Assembly (NCBI RefSeq): GCF_035084215.1
Contig: NC_090335.1
Coordinates: forward strand, 62,868,001 to 62,932,000
DNA from: Heptranchias perlo
Lineage: Eukaryota
Direction: 5' to 3'
Length of the DNA: 64,000 nucleotides
The position numbers were made by a program, and so were the translations under genes. The notes beneath the pieces are model-generated. The model was given only the letters and a program-made list of their open reading frames with translations, did no database searches and was not told the origin of the DNA. Positions 61,791-64,000 of the stretch are shown piece after piece. How positions within the stretch are numbered: position 1 is the first letter of the stretch; each line of letters opens with the position of its first letter.

Positions 61791-62789
61791 GAACAGCCTA
61801 ACAGCATTGGTATTGGCTTCCAGATTCCGAGCATTCTGTCTAAAAACGGCAGGCACAAGGCCTCAAGCCCCAATGGACCTGCAAAAAAAAAGCCAAACTA
61901 ATGAAAAGTTCAAGGAGTTTGCTGGCAGCTCCTCCATAGATCTTTAAATCAGTCATTGGGCCTCTACCAGGCGAAGACCCAGATAATGTGGTGGGGCTGT
62001 GTTAGAGTACTCCCATCTCATTACCGCAGTGCTTACATGCTTCGGCCTCATCTTGTTTTGATGTATTAATGTTCTTGAATCACCTCTGACCTCAAACAGA
62101 ACACCCACATGTCCTCCACTGCTAAAGCTGTCTACAAGAAGCTTGATTTCCTCTTTGGTGCCAAACACGTCCCCCTGCCCCATAAACAAAGCTCCATTAA
62201 TGTCCTGATTGGCTGCTTTCTGCCAGTTGCATTTAAAGCATTACTGACACCTACACTTTGAAATTTAAATACAACTTTCTGTAGAAGAAGAAAATATGAG
62301 GAAGTGAGGGAGAGAGGGGGGAAGCAAGTACTAGGAACATGAAGTGGACTGACGTCCATCGTTAAATAGTAAGGGCAGCATAATTAGGGCTATTTAAACC
62401 GGTTGTTCATTTAACTGGAAATTAAAGACACAAGCGTGCCTGTGTTCACCTCAACAGCAATTAACAATTAAAGGTAATTATATTCTGACTCAAAGCGCCA
62501 TGCTATCTGCTGCGTATACAGTACTAGCAAAAGTATTAGATCGTAGAAGAGGAAGTTATTTATTCGTGACAAATTTTCTGTATCAAAAGCACAGTTAAGA
62601 ATTGAAATTGTTTCACGTATTGTAAAAGTGCGTTTCAAAATCCGCTAGCAGCCTGATAGGAGCTGCAATTCATTTCTTGCCTAGTATCGGTTAGAAGGGA
62701 TGAGATAAGTTAAAAGAGACGGGACTTGGCCTGTGCCTACACTAGGGCTCCAGGTAGGCGATGGTTGTACCAGCAAGACTCTGCACTGC

Positions 62790-63170
62790 AACAACAACTT
62801 ACATTTATGTAGAACCTTTAACTTGATATAACATCCCAAGGCCCTTCCCAGAAGCAATTATCAAACAAAATTTTACACCGAGACACATAAAGAGACATTA
62901 AGACAAGTGGCCAAAAGCTTGGTCAAAGAGGTAGGTTTTAAGGATCTTGGAGATCTCGGAGGGTTGTAGGGCTGGAGGAGATTACAGTGATAGGGAGGGG
63001 CAATGCCACGGAGGGATTTGAACACAAGGATGAGAATTTAAAATCAAGGTGTTGCTGGACTGGAAGTCAATGTGGGTTAGTGAGCACAGGGGTGATGGGT
63101 GAACGAGACTTGGTGCGAGTTAAGATACAGGCAGCAGAGTTTTGAATGAGCTCAGGTTTACGGGGGGTGG
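62790..63170 (-). mobile_element. L2 LINE 3' fragment
   Basis: Reverse complement of parts of 13840-14350. Confidence 0.8.
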
Positions 63171-64000
63171 TAGTTAATCATGGACTTAAAGATATTTTAA
63201 TGAATACTGTTTTTACACTGCAGGTAGCAATCTGACACTGCTGCTTGTTTCAGAGCAGTATGAGCCTGCTGCACTAAATCATACTGACTGCACCTGCCCT
63301 ATATTCAGGGAAAGCAGAGCAGTCTGCGTACATGCATGAACACACGAGCATAGCTCCACTCACCAGGAATGCCACTGAAATATTTAGGTTATGGAAAAGT
63401 TAGCGGTTAAAACTTTGGTTTTGCCCAGATTGTAGTTATACTGCAGCTGGTGCAAGCCCAAATTGGCAAAATTCAGATTGCACTCAGGTGAAAGAACGAA
63501 AAACGTAGATTTTGTAACATAGTGAGAGAGGGACATATGTGAGCTGTAGGCTTTTGAGAGCTCTGTATCCGCGATAGGGCTACAGCTTTAAGAAATTGTA
63601 TAAAATGTCAGCATGACCAAGGCAAGGGGGTATAGCTTTAAGAAATCGTTAATCTTAATTGCCTTTAATCAGAAATAACTCCCTGCCTGGAAGGATAAAA
63701 GGCAAGGAAATGGCTCAGTTTGGAGAGGAAGGATTTGAGAGTTAGAAGGTGTATTTGGGAAAGTAAGGCTGTGAACTGTTTTGTTCATTGCTGTACTTAA
63801 GGACACAACTGCTGTGGGTGAATAAACCTCACTTGTTTTAAATATTAAGCTCTAATCTGTGTCTTATTGACCACTGAGTCCTGGGCCTGCTTCAGTGTGC
63901 TACAATTTACATAGCATCTTATTGCATATCTGCGAAACATCCCAAAATGTTTCATGTGTATAACAAATGCTGATGTTATGTAAGTGGATTTGGCAGTTAT

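Overview
Eukaryotic, AT-rich, repeat-dense vertebrate DNA. The repeat repertoire points to a cartilaginous fish (shark or relative): many CR1 LINEs with (TTCTATGA)n or (TTCTTATG)n tails, SacSINE1/DeuSINE-like and AmnSINE2-like SINEs, L2, two Penelope families, and Harbinger and hAT remnants. Nearly all long ORFs are retrotransposon fragments. The first 10 kb may hold the last exons of an unidentified + strand host gene (candidate exons 3393-3447, 5540-5607, 9882 onward). The rest looks intergenic. Main non-routine observations: (1) a decayed, spliced-looking envelope/fusion-glycoprotein-like frame on the minus strand at about 23300-25900, with no gag, pol or LTR nearby and a perfect internal 76-bp duplication; (2) a 1.36-kb head-to-head Penelope palindrome bounded by one 13-bp TSD, just upstream of a candidate exon; (3) several minimal hammerhead ribozyme motifs in Penelope ends, including a 100-bp mini-insertion with a 15-bp TSD; (4) several readable nested insertions. 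All family names come from by-eye recognition, not database searches, and coordinates of degenerate repeats are approximate.
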